This document shows positions 46,610 to 56,994 of a stretch of 64,000 nucleotides of DNA, in pieces. Below the pieces are notes generated by a model that saw nothing but the letters and a program-made list of their open reading frames with translations, had not been told where the DNA came from and did no database searches. The stretch is taken from positions 1,612,001 through 1,676,000 of the forward strand of contig OX337233.1 of NCBI GenBank assembly GCA_946965045.2. Direction: 5' to 3'. The translations under genes and the position numbers were made by a program. Origin of the DNA: Epithemia pelagica (taxonomy: Eukaryota; Protista; Bacillariophyta). The number at the start of each line of letters is the position of its first letter. Within the stretch, counting starts at the first letter, position 1.

Positions 46610-47009
46610 TTATTTTGTACCAAGTATTTCAGCAACACTCTCTTGAGATGGTGTAAGAGGGACAGAATTGTCATTTCCACCAACAACTGATGTCTCCAGG
46701 TAGCATGACAGACAAATGATGTCTTGTTCCACTGTCTTTTCCATATCACAATGAAAATGACGTGGATTGAAAACCAAAACATCAAGATGTTGAAGAGAAA
46801 CTGCATAGCCATGCTCTGGAAATACAAAATAGCACAACGGTTTCTCATGTACATTTCTGGCTGATTCAGTGGTGACCATTGCTGTAACAACAGAATATCC
46901 AAAGTCATCATCTTTGTGTGCCTGCTGTAAGAAGACATTACAACCGTATGCAATGGCAGGGAAAAACTGTGTTGCCTTGTTGTTTGTGTGCCTGCTGTAA
47001 GAAGACATT
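46610..47009 (-). pseudogene. TET/JBP-like dioxygenase 2, C-terminal half
   Basis: FPAIAYG(C/R)NVFLQQA-HKD-DDFGYSV..YFVFPEHG..FNPRHF-H-C..SCYLETSVVGGNDNS; clearly homologous to 32083-33354. Confidence 0.75.
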
Positions 47010-47438
47010 GGGTGCTTACTGAAACAAGTATAACAACATAACTGACCGACATAATCATAAATGCATCGGGCCCATAACCTCTTTAGTTTCATTTTGGAGA
47101 CCAAAAATGCTCGGCACTCAGCCCCGTCGAGCAAACGAGAAACCTAAACACAACAACAACACAAAATCCCCAACGCATGCAAGATAGCGGCTGGCGTTCT
47201 ATTTAATATATAGATCTGATGAATACATACAACTTTGGTCTTTGGTTTCCCCCAACAGATAGGTTCTAGCCTCGATACACCTCTCTCCTCCCCCTTCCCT
47301 CCACATTCCCTTGCACCATGGAAGTGGCAGACTCCCAACGACCCTTGTTGGAGTCGGACTCGAGTGAAGAGGATTCAACCATGATGCCTTCCTCCCCACA
47401 AAGTCATTCCTCAAGAAGAAGACGCAATCAATGTTTCG

Positions 47439-48542
47439 GTGGAAGTTCAACGCCAAGATGCTGCAAAGGTGGCACAACCCGACTCTCCCTCCTCATCATC
47501 GGAGTCAGAAGCATCTGCTCTTGTGACCAGGCGAGAATCTCCTCGCCTTGCCCTCAAGCGCAAGATCCAAGAGCAAGAGGAGAAGAGGAAGAAGAACAAG
47601 AAACAAGTTCCCAAGACAAAGAAGCCGAAGGCCTCCAAGACAGCAGCTCCTCCTCCACCTCCACCTCCACCTCCACCCGTTGTCCCCAAACACCGTGGCA
47701 ATGGTGGTGCAGGTCGTACGAAAGGGCCTACGTACCAATTCTCTGAGGTGGATGCCTTACTCGATATCCTACAGGACCGTCTTCCTGCTTCATCAGATGA
47801 ATGGGACGGTGTAACCGAGGTGTACAACAAACAACACCCTGGTCGCGAGCAAAACAAGGATTCGCTCAGGAGGAAATTTAATTCCCTCCATAATAAGAAG
47901 GTTCCTACAGGCGATCCTTCCATCCCGCCACAAGTAAAACGCGCCAAATATATTATGCAGGAAATCTGTGCGCGTGTGAATGCAGGCGAAGGTGTGGATG
48001 ACGAGGAATTGGGAATCGAAGCTGAAGAGGCCCAAATCCGCCGGACCCAGCTCTTCCAAAAAGAACAGGAACAAGATGTGGCGAACGTGACAGCTTCGCA
48101 TCATGGTGGAGATGGACCACCTTCTTCTATAGTTGTGAACCAATCTTTGAAGACCGGGCGAACGCCATTCCGTCGCTCTCCCAAGCAAGAAGCTTTGGAA
48201 AAGAAGGAAGCCAAGGACAAAGAAAAGTCGGATCTTATGACTTGGCTTATCATGTCAATGCAAGCGAAACAGGAAAATGACGAGAAGGATCGCAAAGAAA
48301 GGCATGAACAGTCGACTTCTATGCAGCAGATGATGTTTGCCCAAATGCAGCAACAGATGCAACAACAGCAAGAAGCTGCAAGGCGAGACCAACAGCGGTT
48401 CATGCTAATGATGAGCAGTATCTTCGGACAACGCAGTGGAAGCATTGAGACAAACACCGCGAACGTGATGAACAACACGATGAACAACATGACTAACAAC
48501 AGTGGACAACCCAAAGATGACCGTCAATACGAGGAAGTCTAG
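47439..48542 (+). CDS. Harbinger Myb/SANT-like DNA-binding protein (the true start may be upstream, at ATG 47318)
   Basis: FSEVDALLDIL..EWDGV..SLRRKFNSL..PTGDP trihelix motif with a Gln/Met-rich tail. Confidence 0.75.
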   Translation: MEVQRQDAAKVAQPDSPSSSSESEASALVTRRESPRLALKRKIQEQEEKRKKNKKQVPKTKKPKASKTAAPPPPPPPPPPVVPKHRGNGGAGRTKGPTYQFSEVDALLDILQDRLPASSDEWDGVTEVYNKQHPGREQNKDSLRRKFNSLHNKKVPTGDPSIPPQVKRAKYIMQEICARVNAGEGVDDEELGIEAEEAQIRRTQLFQKEQEQDVANVTASHHGGDGPPSSIVVNQSLKTGRTPFRRSPKQEALEKKEAKDKEKSDLMTWLIMSMQAKQENDEKDRKERHEQSTSMQQMMFAQMQQQMQQQQEAARRDQQRFMLMMSSIFGQRSGSIETNTANVMNNTMNNMTNNSGQPKDDRQYEEV

Positions 48543-48565
48543 ATAAGAAAACAATTAGTAGTAGT

Positions 48566-48998
48566 GAGTAATTGGAACGGGCGGTAAACATCTACCTCTA
48601 TGGTAGGAGTAATTGGAAAGGGCGGTAAACATCTACCTCTATGGTAGGAGTAATTGGAAAGGGCGGAAAAGATCTACCTCTATGGTAGGAGTAATTGGAA
48701 AGGGCGGTAAACATCTACCTCTATGGTAGGAGTAATTGGAAAGGGCAGTAAACATCTACCTCTATGGTAGGAGTAATTGGAAAGGGTGGTAAACATCTAC
48801 CTCTATGGTAGGAGTAATTGGAAAGGGCGGTAAACATCTACCTCTATGGTAGGAGTAATTGGAAAGGGCAGTAAACATCTACCTCTATGGTAGGAGTAAT
48901 TGGAAAGGGTGGTAAACATCTACCTCTATGGTAGGAGTAATTGGAAAGGGCGGTAAACATCTACCTCTATGGTAGGAGTAATTGGAAAGGGCGGTAAA
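48566..48998. repeat. 41-bp minisatellite, about 10.5 copies
   Basis: GAGTAATTGGAAAGGGCGGTAAACATCTACCTCTATGGTAG repeated from 48566; the last unit starts at 48976. Confidence 0.95.
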
Positions 48999-49052
48999 GA
49001 TGAACAACACGATGAACAACGTAACAATTAGTAGTAGTTCATGCGGAAGTCA

Positions 49053-50225
49053 CTAGTAGTTATTCATTGCTTGCAAAGCATTTTGACAAAGTTCTGGCAT
49101 GTAGACAGTTTGGATCTGGTTGAATCCGACTGTTGAGGCACGAAAATTATACAACAAAACAATCATACGGAGGATGATGCGCCATTCACCAACTTCTTCA
49201 TAGGGCAGTCTGTCTTTCAAGCGGGGGAATGAGGCTTGAAGGCCCCTCATTCCCCATTCAGACAATTGACGGACTGATGTTGCCGCGTGATGAATGTTCT
49301 GATTCATTCGGACATTGCCATCTTGGTCAAAGTTTGTCTGGTGTGATTTGAGGAGTGACGGCCGACTTTCCCGTCCAAAAGCTGAATCAACCACCACTTG
49401 TGCACCACCATGGGTCCTCTCCCGGTCGTTGATTTCATCTAGTTTGTCGTAGATAGATGATACCGATGCCAGAGTTGAATCATGCCATGATCCGGGCGCA
49501 TTCAAGAGACAGGCCCGGATCAGGCCATCTGGCGAAAACACGAAAAGGTTAGACACATAATGATCATGAGTCCACCCATTGTAGAACATATTCTGTACCG
49601 CTTCGTTTGTGGCCACAAGGAGTTTTAGTCCATCCATAGCCGCCCAGATATTGACAAGATTTGGATACTTGTTGCGGATGAGTTGTTTGAAGCGAGTTAC
49701 TTCTTGTGGAGAGGGAAGCTCAACACGAGCATCGGGGTGGCCTGCGAGCACCTTGACCAAAATCCTCCTACCAAATCGCAACCACACGGACAATGGGTTG
49801 GCTGTGAGGCCGAATATCAACTGCAAGACTTTAAGTGATCCTCTAGTACGCGTCCATACCAACACCAAACCAAGGCCCATAACAGCATTGATCATCCTTG
49901 GTCTCCCTCCTGGCTTCCCTGATAGACGTCGCATGTGGCCTGGGTTAGTGTGCGACTGTGGATATGGAGTATACACATCAAACATTGGGCAGAACAGGCC
50001 TAATAACAGGTGAAAAGCTCTATGGTCGAGACCACACAGGGTGATGAGAGCGTCATCCTGCATTGACCTATACAGATGCATAAATGCAGATTTTCTTGGG
50101 ATCATCAACGCTCCCCTACGAATGACAGCACGTCCTAGGAACGCATTGTCATCCTGCCATTCAACTTCGTCTTCCTCATCACCAAGCTCCTCAAGGAGCA
50201 GTAGCAGAACCGCATATTCAAACAT
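49053..50225 (-). CDS. Harbinger DDE nuclease (DDE_Tnp_4-like), 390 aa
   Basis: AMDG, NAPGSWHDS, VVVDSAF, SVRQLSEWGMRGLQ. Confidence 0.88.
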   Translation of the reverse strand: MFEYAVLLLLLEELGDEEDEVEWQDDNAFLGRAVIRRGALMIPRKSAFMHLYRSMQDDALITLCGLDHRAFHLLLGLFCPMFDVYTPYPQSHTNPGHMRRLSGKPGGRPRMINAVMGLGLVLVWTRTRGSLKVLQLIFGLTANPLSVWLRFGRRILVKVLAGHPDARVELPSPQEVTRFKQLIRNKYPNLVNIWAAMDGLKLLVATNEAVQNMFYNGWTHDHYVSNLFVFSPDGLIRACLLNAPGSWHDSTLASVSSIYDKLDEINDRERTHGGAQVVVDSAFGRESRPSLLKSHQTNFDQDGNVRMNQNIHHAATSVRQLSEWGMRGLQASFPRLKDRLPYEEVGEWRIILRMIVLLYNFRASTVGFNQIQTVYMPELCQNALQAMNNY

Positions 50226-50484
50226 TGTTCTTCTTTGCGATTACACGGCGGAGGGAGGGTTGGAGGGAAGAAAAAGAACTCTTCGGGGGGAAAGCGGTGC
50301 TCGCGTTTATATCCTATATCCAGTTCCTAAGTCTATATAAATCATTTTGACGAAGTGCCATTGCGTTGTGTTTGAGTAGGTGAAATTTCAATTTTGGTTT
50401 CAGTGCGTCCAACAGGCTTAAACTAAAACTTATTGGTTATGTTGTCGTTATGTTAGGTCCTGTACTTAGTTTCAGTAAGCACCC

Positions 50485-51010
50485 ATTACGACCGTATGCA
50501 ATGGCAGGGAAAATGGTGTTGCCTTGTTGTTGTGTTGTAGCATGGAAAAATTCCCATGGGACGAGGCATTTTTGAAAGCAGAGAGAAATGAAGAATCCAC
50601 CCACTCAGCAAATTGGTGTTCAAGTTGTTTCATGAATCAAAACAACATATTGCGCTCATCTTCTTCCAGCAGGTGTAACTTTGATTCAACCATTCCAGGA
50701 CCACCACGATGGGCATTAATGCCCATAATCATGTACTTAGAGTTATGCTCACTTTTTCTGATGAAGCGTGACTGTCCTCGAGAATGATCTGGGCAGCGGG
50801 CTTCAATTTTTTTTAGTACATCCAACAATTCCTGGAAAAAGGATTTTGTCAGACATGGAAGACATCAGTAACATCCACTGACATGGCACTTTTGCCAGAA
50901 TTATGCGTCACTTCCTTCAGATTGCGACAAATTTCATCAGGTACAAGAACCTTTGTTTGTCCTGTCCTCTGGGCTGAAATCATAGGCCATTTCACCATCA
51001 CTGCAATCCA
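50485..51010 (-). pseudogene. TET/JBP-like dioxygenase 2, N-terminal half (may extend to about 51830)
   Basis: RGQSRFIRKSEHNSKYMIMGINAHRGGPGMVESKL..WVDSSFL..FPAIAYGRN aligns with RGQSRCVGLESHNSSYITIGKHANRGGKGIVDSKM..WVDSSFL of copy 1. Confidence 0.75.
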
Positions 51011-51245
51011 CCTCCTTTTGTTCAAGCTTTCAATGAATAGTCTCCGACTGTAAGACCGGTGCTTGCTCTATCCCGTTTACTGGTGCATCCCCCTGGGGAG
51101 AAGCACCTTGGGACGAAGAGGTGAGACCCAAACCACAAGGGTTTTTGGGTCCAAGCTGCCACTTTGGAGGGCAAGCATTGACTTTATATTCATTATGCAA
51201 CAACAAAATGGAGACAGATTTCACTCAACCAAACACAACTTTTGG

Positions 51246-51800
51246 ATCATTCATTCGACTTACTGTTCTAAGTCGCGAAGCAATTGAAATTCTGGGTGAC
51301 TGGGAGATGGAAATGGAGACTGTCTGCTCTCAACCAAACACAACTTTTGAACCATGAACGGTAAGAAGAGACGAAAAGATACACCGTTAGAATCGTCTTG
51401 TTGCGGGCTTTACGGCAATATATTGCGATCATTCATTCGACTTACTGTTCTAAGTCGCGAAGCAATTGAAATTCTGGGTGACTGGGAGATGGAAATGGAG
51501 ACTGTCTGCTCTCAACCAAACACAACTTTTGAACCATGAACGGTAAGAAGAGACGAAAAGATACACCGTTAGAATCGTCTTGTTGCGGGCTTTACGGCAA
51601 TATATTGCGATCATTCATTCGACTTACTGTTCTAAGTCGCGAAGCAATTGAAATTCTGGGTGACTGGGAGATGGAAATGGAGACTGTCTGCTCTCAACCA
51701 AACACAACTTTTGAACCATGAACGGTAAGAAGACGAAAGATACACCGTTAGAATCGTCTTGTTGCGGGCTTTACGGCAATATATTGCGATCATTCATTCG
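51246..51800. repeat. 182-bp tandem repeat, three copies plus a partial fourth
   Basis: ATCATTCATTCGA starts at 51246, 51428, 51610 and 51789. Confidence 0.93.
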
Positions 51801-52429
51801 ATTTACCGTTCAGGAACTGTCATAGACAAGGAAGGCAAAGGTGCTTAGTTTGTAGGTTTTTGGGGTGTTTTTCAACAGGTTTTTGATGACACAAGTAGTG
51901 CTGGTGCAGTGATGATCACACCTGATGTGCCAGTTGGATCTCTGAATGTTGAAGGTAAAGAAAGCCGGGCGTGCCAGGTCAGAGATTAAACATTTTTACC
52001 TATTGGATAAAAACTAGGTTACAAATTTTTTACATTTCGACAAAAATATGGGAAAGACAGACAGACGGCTTGGGGAAAAGCGACTGAGTGGTAAGAGGTG
52101 GCTCCTAATACTCAGGGTTATTTTTACCTTGGTCGAGTGGTTCGAGCCTTTGGTCATGATGGTCTCGGTTCCTGGGTGTCCAGGGTTCGAGTCCGCTCTG
52201 ATAAGGTAGTTGGGAGGGCTAGATGTGGGGCCCGAAAAAGCGGTTCGTCTATGTGGCCCCTTGTGTCACAAGCGGGCTGTCCCCTCGCTCCGTGATACCG
52301 AGTGTCATGGCGCCCGGGCAGTCGGTCGGCGTCACGTTGCGGCGTGCGTGCGGCAGCTGGAAGAATAGACTATTCCCTTTTTTTACACTCAGGTTATTTT
52401 TAATGGCTCGTGCTACTGAGTCCAATTAT

Positions 52430-52800
52430 ACAGATGGGTAGCTCAAGCTGATCAATGCCTGTCGTCTTTACCACGAAGTGGTGGTTCTGAGCGACGTTGT
52501 ATCACCAGATGGGAAGATCATTGCACAAGAATTTATTCAAGGGCGTCGATCATCCTACTCAACTGCGAAAGGATTGATTCCGTATCAAGATAAACTGGGA
52601 CCTCGAGCATGGCACCTTCGAGAAAGTTTCTAAAACTGTTTACAATCCACCAATCGAAACATCGTCGTGCTACTCCTCTTGGCCATTGGACAGTAACTAG
52701 TAACGCAACCCTGCGTCAGTCGCATTACTATTTCTCTCCACACCACACTCAACTATTTGTTTACAGTACTGGCCAGTATCAAGTGTTTGCCCCAACTCTG
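52430..52800 (+). pseudogene. Non-LTR retrotransposon post-RT fragment (Ambal-like)
   Basis: INACRLYHEVVVLSDVVSPDGK..PLGHW pattern typical of the region after RT in this group. Confidence 0.5.
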
Positions 52801-52951
52801 TTCGGCCGTTTTGTTAACACTGGCCTAATTACTCCCAGCTTGCCACTACTTAGCATTTTATCGTGTACATTTGCCTGCCATTCATTTTCGACGGGACAAA
52901 CAGACAAACGTTACACACACTAGTGTGACGGGCATAATTTTGATATGCAAT

Positions 52952-53390
52952 ATGCCACCCATCGCATTTCATTAACTGGTATTACGGTCGAAATAGTCGG
53001 GACCTGATCAAGTTCATCGGGAAGGTCAGGTGCAGAGCACGTTATCTGTGCCTCTTTTCTTGAAGAAGACTCGGTTGTTCGTTTCCGCAAGGTTCAAGTC
53101 ATCATTGATGGGAAGGAGGAGTCTGCCATTGCCGCATTCCATGTCTCAGATGCTATTGACCGTTGTCGTGTTGGTTTTCTCTAACGCCATCTTGTTAAAC
53201 ACTGGAAGCATTATGATGGAGTGATGGCACAAGTGACCGTGACCAGGATCTACTCACAAAATTCAGAGAGTCCTACATGCCGAAGAAAGTACCATCACAA
53301 TATGGGTTGCTGTGTCGCTGCAATTATCTCTGCATTACCTGAAGATACAATCAAAAATTTCACACAAAACTCCAACCAACTATACTGACC
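52952..53390 (+). pseudogene. HIRAN-like convergent ORF of pogo 2
   Basis: VEIVGT..GRSGAEH..VRFRKVQV..SAIAAF..RCRVGFL*RHLVKHW..AQVT..GCCVAAII; homologous to 22120-22665. Confidence 0.65.
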
Positions 53391-53400
53391 TCTAATTTGA

Positions 53401-54240
53401 TTGAGCTCAAGACCATTAGTTATTGGTGTTGTGCCCCATTCCCATTTGTAGCACTGTTGTTTGTCTCATTTACTTCGTTATGAAACCAACTGTAGTCACC
53501 ATGTCGCAATGCATTTCTTCACAATTTCCACAGGAAGAGTGCTCTCATTGCGGCAGCTGACCACTTGGGGTTGTTTGAGCTCAAGACCATTAGTTATTGG
53601 TGTTGTGCCCCATTCCCATTTGTAGCACTGTTGTTTGTCTCATTTACTTCGTTATGAAACCAACTGTAGTCACCATGTCGCAATGCATTTCTTCACAATT
53701 TCCACAGGAAGAGTGCTCTCATTGCGGCAGCTGACCACTTGGGGTTGTCTTCTCTTGTTGGAGGGCTTGTTGTTCCATGGATATGCATCCAACGCTCCCA
53801 TTGCTCGTGTATACGATTCATGAAGCAATGTAGCACTGTTGTTTGTCTCATTTACTTCGTTATGAAACCAACTGTAGTCACCATGTCGCAATGCATTTCT
53901 TCACAATTTCCACAGAAAGAGTGCTCTCATTGCGGCAGCTGACCACTTGGGGTTGTCTTCTCTTGTTGGAGGGCTTGTTGTTCCATGGATATGCATCCAA
54001 CGCTCCCATTGCTCGTGTATACGATTCATGTAGCAATGTAGCACTGTTGTTTGTCTCATTTACTTCGTTATGAAACCAACTGTAGTCACCATGTCGCAAT
54101 GCATTTCTTCACAATTTCCACAGAAAGAGTGCTCTCATTGCGGCAGCTGACCACTTGGGGTTGTCTTCTCTTGTTGGAGGGCTTGTTGTTCCATGGATAT
54201 GCATCCAACGCTCCCATTGCTCGTGTATACGATTCATGAA
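53401..54240. repeat. Compound tandem array: a 174-bp duplication plus three 208-bp units
   Basis: TGTAGCACTGTTG starts at 53447, 53621, 53829 and 54037. Confidence 0.92.
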
Positions 54241-54560
54241 CGGCTTATTCACTCCGGCGTCTACCGGTTGACAAAAGACAGGTACATCCCCTCGGAATAT
54301 GCTCAACCTCAATGCCCAATTCTTGAATTTTACCAGCTACCGAAGCCATCATGTGGCACCTAATGGTACAATGTGCTCTGGTGCATTTAGCACATACGGC
54401 TTGAGCACAATGTCGACCCACATCAGCATAACCCTCTCATCCATCCAGGCATTTTCCTGGCAGGCATAGGATCATCTCGTTTGAAAATGTTGGAAATTCT
54501 CTCTTTTCAATTGGACCTTTGGTTTTCCTTTGTTGACTTCCTAACATGAACTGTGCGCCT
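53401..54560 (-). pseudogene. pogo transposase 2, 3' remnant
   Basis: ENAWMDERVM, VFCQPVDAGVNKPF on the minus strand; the 5' part is lost. Confidence 0.75.
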
Positions 54561-56617
54561 CCCGACAACGTCTAGTGTTTTCTTGGAGTTGTATGTAAAT
54601 GGGACTCGAGTTTGGTCCATATGTCTGCAGGGTTCAGTAAGCTTTGGACGCATACTCGTATAGCTTGAGTATCCCTTCGGTCCCTATCCCTTCGGTCCCT
54701 CTGATCTATCGGATATCCGAACCACACACTCTTCAATGCGAAATACGAGGTCAGTTGCTGTGAAATTTGACCTCGAAGTCCAAGTCGAAACGGTTCTGTT
54801 TGCTCCCTTCGCATGTTGCGCTACTTTCTAAGTTACTTAAATTCCATTATACGTTGTTATAGAGTAGAATCTTCATAGCTAGTAAGCAACTTTGCGTCTG
54901 CTTGCTGTTTGCGATATTTCACAAATCACAATCATTTCATTTGACCCGGCAATTTCGAGTGGCTGTTTCGTAGTCCTCTTTCATCTTTAACATTGTTGAA
55001 TCCAATTGATATTCTCTCTACTCACAACGGTAATGATGGTACCACTCATTGAATGGTTGGAATACTGTATTTTGAATTTCGAGTTTACTACGAGGAATAC
55101 AAAGGAAGAATAGTGTGTACTGTCGCCCATGACGCATAAATCATTCTTGGGTTAGGCTTGGAAAGCGTGCGTGGTAAAACTTCTCTTCGATCATGAGGGC
55201 AAGTTACATAACACATTATAATCAATTGTTTTTCCAACGTTACTCAGGATCGTGGATGCAAAGAGTTCTTGCAAAAGTCGTCATATTCAAGATACACAAA
55301 AATATTTGGTGGATGGAAACCTTCCTGGTAGGTACGCAAAGTCATGTGGGGAGAGTGGTACCGGGATTTTCCCTCCAACGACTTTGGTTGAATCGTATGT
55401 GGTAAGTTTCTATCTTTCTAGAGGAGAGCAATCTCGCTTGTAGAATCTATCTATCTATAATCCCTTTGCTCACTTAAATCGTGATATACCCGCCACCATG
55501 CCATTCTCCAGAGGCACAGCAACTTGCAGGGCAATCTAATTCTCAATGTTTTACCTGGTAGTTCAGGACATCCCGCAACATGCTTAGTAGTGCTACTTTT
55601 AGTGTGTATCACGCTTAACATGTTTACTTTCTGTATCATTTGATATGTTCGGCACATTATGGAAAACAAAACACGAATTCGACTAGCTTGAGGATAGTGA
55701 ACGAGACAGATGTTGTCAGGTCCAAGTGTTCTTCTGTCAGCTTGTCTTTTGCAGTTCGTTCTAACGTTGGCTGCGAGTTGGTTTGGGATCATCAGAACGG
55801 TTGTTGAGATGTCATGATTTTTCTAGACGAACCGGACCGGGAAAATGAGGGAGGAGTGTAACATAAGATGTGATGTAATTGACTCGTGGTAGTTAGCTAC
55901 CGGGTGGTGATGGGCTAAGATATTATTCTCAGTGCATCGTATTTGTCTAGCTACGTACGACAGGTCAATTTCAAATATTATTATTGTGGATCTCTCTATT
56001 CCGGTCCGCATACCCACTAAGAAGGTGTATCTCTATAGGCCAGCAGAGATGTCATCACAAGCCAACTGCCCTGAAAGAGAGACCAAAGACATCTAAATCT
56101 CCTCAACGAACCTCACCACAAGATCAAGCTCTGCAAAAAACCTTCCCATCCTTTAATTCTTGCTCTAAGAAAAATTACTCGCCCCTCACATGTTTTGGCT
56201 TGATGGATTGATCAAATGATACCCATACGTGCTTCTCGAAGGGGAGGTTATGGCCTAGCCCACAAGAATGTTTAGATGAATGATTTGTGACATATCATGA
56301 AAAGTGTTTGGGTCAGGAACAAGTAAAGTAAGGCTGAGAGCGTTTCAAAAGTCTGGAGGTGACCCCTTATAATTTTATCTTTTATCGCTCTACTTTTGAT
56401 CAGTTTATCAGACCCATTGGTCATTAGCACCATGGAAATTGCAAGGCCTCAGAAGGCACAGAACATCCAGGTCGACCCTCATTTCATGACACATGAATCG
56501 ACCTCCGTGCGGCTTGGGTTGGAAGAGTGACCGGAATCGATGCACCATGGTCTCGTTTGCGGAAACAGATCGCTCACTCCGGGATGCGTTGTCCGTTACT
56601 GCATAGTGTGTCACAAT

Positions 56618-56875
56618 CACGGGAACCACGGTTCACGGACGCATGATCCACACTAATCCGCTAGGGGAACATAATGCAAAACCGACCTGTGATATTTCTA
56701 CTCTATTTCGTAGGAGACGATAAAAGGGGCGATGTTTTGTTTGTTCACGGGAACCACGGTTCACGGACGCATGATCCACACTAATCCGCTAGGGGAACAT
56801 AATGCAAAACCGACCTGTGATATTTCTACTCTATTTCGTAGGAGACGATAAAGTAGGGGCGATGTTTCGTTTGTT
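56618..56875. repeat. 128-bp tandem duplication (probably within an LTR remnant)
   Basis: CACGGGAACCACGG starts at 56618 and 56746. Confidence 0.9.
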
Positions 56876-56994
56876 TTGTTTATATTACGAGCTTTCTACT
56901 TCTTAAAATGAATATAGCACAAGAAGAAGGTATTCATTCACCTGAGTCTTGCCTTGGAGACCGCAAGACGTGCTGTGGTCCCTATATTCCCACA

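Larger units (their letters stand above)
47010..50484. mobile_element. Complete PIF/Harbinger element (3475 bp) inserted into dioxygenase 2
   Basis: 16-bp TIRs GGGTGCTTACTGAAAC (47010-47025 and 50469-50484), 3-bp TSD ATT, two convergent ORFs. Confidence 0.93.

Noticed and set aside
46531-47134. The 174-aa and 175-aa ORFs as complete proteins
   Set aside because: Their 5' parts lie inside the Harbinger end (from 47010); only the part below 47009 is dioxygenase-derived.
48566-48998. CRISPR array
   Set aside because: The units are contiguous near-identical 41-mers with no unique spacers, there are no cas genes, and the context is eukaryotic.
51354-51721. Repeated 61-aa ORFs as real genes
   Set aside because: They are by-products of the 182-bp tandem repeat; the likely coding strand here is the decayed dioxygenase 5' region on the minus strand.
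24100-52050. Terminal inverted repeats and 9-bp TSDs for the MULE-dioxygenase cassettes
   Set aside because: Looked near 24.1-24.3, 29.0-29.2, 36.65-36.8, 41.15-41.28 and 51.85-52.05 kb and found no convincing pair; boundaries remain undefined.
53635-54239. Repeated 62-76-aa ORFs
   Set aside because: They arise from the 208-bp tandem array inside a pogo remnant.
54600-56600. Additional discrete LTR elements or genes
   Set aside because: The sequence looks like LTR or gag debris, but no paired LTRs, TSDs or diagnostic motifs could be confirmed.
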